A stretch of DNA of 64,000 nt from Zootoca vivipara (lineage: Eukaryota): NCBI RefSeq assembly GCF_963506605.1, contig NC_083280.1, positions 35,340,001-35,404,000 on the forward strand, given 5' to 3'. The number at the start of each line of letters is the position of its first letter. Position 1 is the stretch's first letter. Position numbers and translations under genes: made by a program. Below, piece by piece: positions 61,237 through 64,000 of this stretch. Below the pieces are notes generated by a model. The model was not told the DNA's origin and did no database searches. It saw nothing but the letters and a program-made list of their open reading frames with translations.

Positions 61237-62008
61237 TTCTAGGATATGAATTCCTATCTAGTTCTATTTCTCACCTTGGAGATTTCTCTTGCCTTATTCA
61301 AACACAGCTTCTATTTTCGCATTCATTGCACCTGAATCCCTCCCCATTTCCACCTACCAAGTGCAAGTATTGCTGTGCCTTTTGAGATTCAGAATGCAAT
61401 CTCAGGAATACGTAGCTATGAGTAAACCCTATTGAACACAGTGGGATGCAGTAAACAACCAAAGAATCTGGATGCACACCTCTTCTGTTTTAATGTGTGA
61501 GAATATTATGCAGCATTGTGATATGATACAGCAGATAGAACTGTTTGGAAGCATCACAAGATCGTTGCCAGACGGACATTGCTGATTTGCAGGACTATGT
61601 GTAGCGATGGCTTCTGACCATTATGAAGCAGCAATATTGCTTTGTTCTACATGGTATTGACACTGAGCTCAGATATTAGATATACTTATCCCTATCATAA
61701 GGGAAAATGTGCTCTCTACTTTATGCTGCTGTCAGTACACTTTCCCCTTCGCTCAGGTATGACTCCGTTGACTGCTGGCAGCCTTGAGTCAATTTTGTAA
61801 GAACGTTAATTGAGTAAAAACTGAAAAGTCCCCTTTAAATCAGCTGTTCACACATTCCCATATTTTTGAACAAACAAAACCACACTGATACTTGGGGTTC
61901 ATTTTATCAAGCATTGAGAATAGTTAAAATCTCAGTTCTGCTGCAGTGAAAACCGAGAAGACAGCAGTAGGAATTCTCAGATTCTGGAGAGTGTTTGGGA
62001 GCATGTAA

Positions 62009-62074
62009 CAAAAATAAAATTAAAAATTAAAAAATTGTCCAGTAGCGCCTTAGAGACCAACTACTGGACAATTT
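62009..62074. mobile_element. Collapsed PLE-like mini-palindrome (related subfamily)
   Basis: aaattgtccagtag-cgccttagagaccaa-ctactggacaattt. The sequence cagtagcgccttagagaccaacta resembles the PLE arm cagtagcaccttaaagaccaacta. Confidence 0.6.
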
Positions 62075-62383
62075 CATAGAATCATAGAATCATAGAGTTG
62101 GAAGAGACCACAAGGGCCATCCAGTCCTACCCCCTGCCAAGCAGGAAACACCATCAAAGCATTTTTGACATACGCCTGTCAAGCCTCTGCTTAAAGACCT
62201 CCAAAGAAGGAGACTCCACCACACTCCTTGGTAGCAAATTCCACTGCCAAACAGCTCTTAATGTCAAGAAGTTCTTCCTAATGTTTAGGTGGAATCTTCT
62301 TTCTTGAAGTTTGAATCCATTGCTCCGTGTCCGCTTCTCTGGAGCAGCAGAAAACAATCTTTCTCCCTCCTCCATATGACATC

Positions 62384-62822
62384 TGTCGCAGTGGCGTGGT
62401 GGCTACTCTAGAGTAACGACTCCTCACAGCTCTGCATTTTATCCTTTTATTGGTGCAGTCTATTTACAGTGCTAAAACAGTGCTATATACAGGAGGTCAG
62501 TACATGTTGTCAGTCTGGCGCAGAACGTCCGAATGGAGATTCCCGCATCTTTCTCCAGCAAAGTAGCCTGGGAATACTAAATCTCCTCCCTCGGCGCTTC
62601 TTACGCAATTCCGGGGTCGCCGGGATCGGTCTTCTTCCCGCGGTTTCCCTGCTTCCCCCTTCCGTTCCCAAGCGGCGCCGTGGCACAGCTATCCTGCCTG
62701 AGCCTGGGCTTCTACTTCCTGATTCCCCGCTCGAAACATCTCCCTCCCCGCTCCCACTTTCGCTGGGCGAGGAGCTCGTGTTCAAGATGGGAGGGGGCTG
62801 TCTATAGCTCCTGTCCCTCACA
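62384..62822 (-). mobile_element. Solo LTR (Gypsy-like), 439 bp
   Basis: TG...CA termini and 5-bp TSD acatc (62379-62383 and 62823-62827). AATAAA lies on the minus strand near 62446-62451. CpG-rich. Confidence 0.85.
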
Positions 62823-63182
62823 ACATCCTTTCATATATTTGTACATGGCTATCATATCACCCCTTAACCTTCTCTTCTCCAGGCTAAACATACCCAGCTC
62901 CCTAAGTCGTTCCTCATAAGGCATCATTTCCAGGCCTTTGACCATTTTCGTTGCCCTCCTCTGGACACGTTCCAGCTCGTCAGTATCCTTCTTGAACTGT
63001 GGTGCCCAGAACTGGACACAGTACTCCAGGTGAGGTCTCACCAGAGCAGAATACAGTGGTACTATTACTTCCCTTGATCTAGATGCTTTACAACTATTGA
63101 TGCAGCCCAGAATTGCATTGGCTTTTTAGCTGCTGCATCACACTGCTGACTCATGTCAAGTTTGTGGTCTACCAAGACTCCT

Positions 63183-63545
63183 TTGAATTATGGTGCTGGA
63201 GGAGACTCTTGAGAGTCCCATGGCCTGCTAGAAGATCAAACCTATCCATTCTTAAGGAAATCAGCCCTGAGTGCTCCCTGGAAGGACAGATCGTGAAGCT
63301 GAGGCTCCAATACTTTGGCCACCTCATGAGAAGAGAAGAATCCTTGGAAAAGACCCTGATGTTGGGAAAGATTGAGGGCACAAGGAGAAGGGGACGACAG
63401 AGGACAAGATGGTTGGACAGTGTTCTCGAAGCTACGAACATGAGTTTGACCAAACTACGGGAGGCAGTGGAAGACAGGAGTGCCTGGCGTGCTATGGTCC
63501 ATGGGGTCACGAAGAGTCGGACACGACTAAACGACTAAACAACAA
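63183..63545 (+). mobile_element. Bov-B 3' fragment with 10-bp TSD
   Basis: Intact RT C-terminus ELWCWRRLLRVPW...KSRTRLND and (CAA)n tail. TSD caagactcct (63173-63182 and 63546-63555). Confidence 0.95.
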
Positions 63546-63834
63546 CAAGACTCCTAGATCCTGCTCTCAAGCCAGTTGTCACCCATCCTGTATTTGTGCC
63601 TTTCATTTTTTTTGCCCAAGTGTAGTACTTTACATTTCTCCTTGTTAAAATTCATCTTGTTTGCTTTGGCCCAGTTGTCTAATCTGTTAAGGTCATTTTG
63701 AAGTGTGATCCTGTCCTCTGGGGTATTAGCCACCCCTCCCAATTTGGTGTCATCTGCAAACTTGCTCAGGATGCCCTCAAGCCCTTTATTTATTTTTTTA
63801 AAAAAATCAATGCCCTTTATTTATTTTTTAAAAA

Positions 63835-63878
63835 TATATATTTATTTCGACTGAGTCAGACCAACACAGCTACCTACC
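63835..63878 (+). mobile_element. PLE 3' terminal remnant
   Basis: ttcgactgagtcagaccaacacagctacctacc matches the PLE tail. Confidence 0.6.
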
Positions 63879-64000
63879 TAGATCTGGGAAACATGTAGGT
63901 TCTTCCTATCTAAAAAGTCTTATTAGGGCTTTCCAAGAACTCCTTTATGGTTCAGAGATTTAGGGACACCATAGAACACCTGATCGTAATTATTTTCAGA

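Larger units (their letters stand above)
62075..63787 (-). mobile_element. CR1 LINE 3' portion with nested solo LTR and Bov-B
   Basis: (catagaat)n end at 62075. CR1 ORF2 pieces in minus ORFs 62154-62375, 62802-63041 and 63554-63742 (LQNDLNRLDNWAKANKMNFNKEKCKVLHLG). Confidence 0.92.
53047..64000 (+). other. GPC1: GPC1 intron 1 (partial)
   Basis: Begins GTGAGT. No exon-2 sequence (EHLRICPQGYTCC) was recognised before the window end. Confidence 0.8.

Noticed and set aside
62469-62821. Ser/Arg-rich ORFs on both strands
   Set aside because: They lie within a solo LTR and are compositional artefacts.
53047-64000. miR-149, which lies in mammalian GPC1 intron 1
   Set aside because: I saw no match to the mature sequence TCTGGCTCCGTGTCTTCACTCCC. 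The gctccgtgtc words at about 58010 and 62323 are part of CR1.

Overview
This is vertebrate genomic DNA, almost certainly from a squamate lizard and probably a lacertid. That call is inferred from the repeats present: Bov-B, CR1, L1 and L2 LINEs, Sauria SINEs, a tRNA-Lys/CR1 SINE, many hAT and Tc1/pogo MITEs, solo LTRs and a DIRS/Ngaro fragment. The only host gene I can support is glypican-1 (GPC1, + strand). It has a CpG island at about 51.1-53.45 kb and coding exon 1 at 52890-53046 (signal peptide plus SCxExRxxYGAKGF...VPQAEISG, with a phase-1 GT donor). The ORF track misses this exon. The remaining ~11 kb is GPC1 intron 1, and the first ~51 kb is repeat-rich upstream sequence. Most track ORFs are TE fragments or spurious. 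The most notable structure is four young ~205-215 bp palindromic Penelope-like insertions with 11-15 bp TSDs. Each is centred on a minimal hammerhead-ribozyme motif, and copy-specific variants are mirrored in both arms. Also notable are a Ngaro/DIRS fragment encoding an SGNH-hydrolase C-terminus followed by an apparently highly structured non-coding segment, and a young Buster-type hAT deletion derivative with an internal inverted repeat. No database searches were run. Family names come from pattern recognition, and coordinates were counted by hand.
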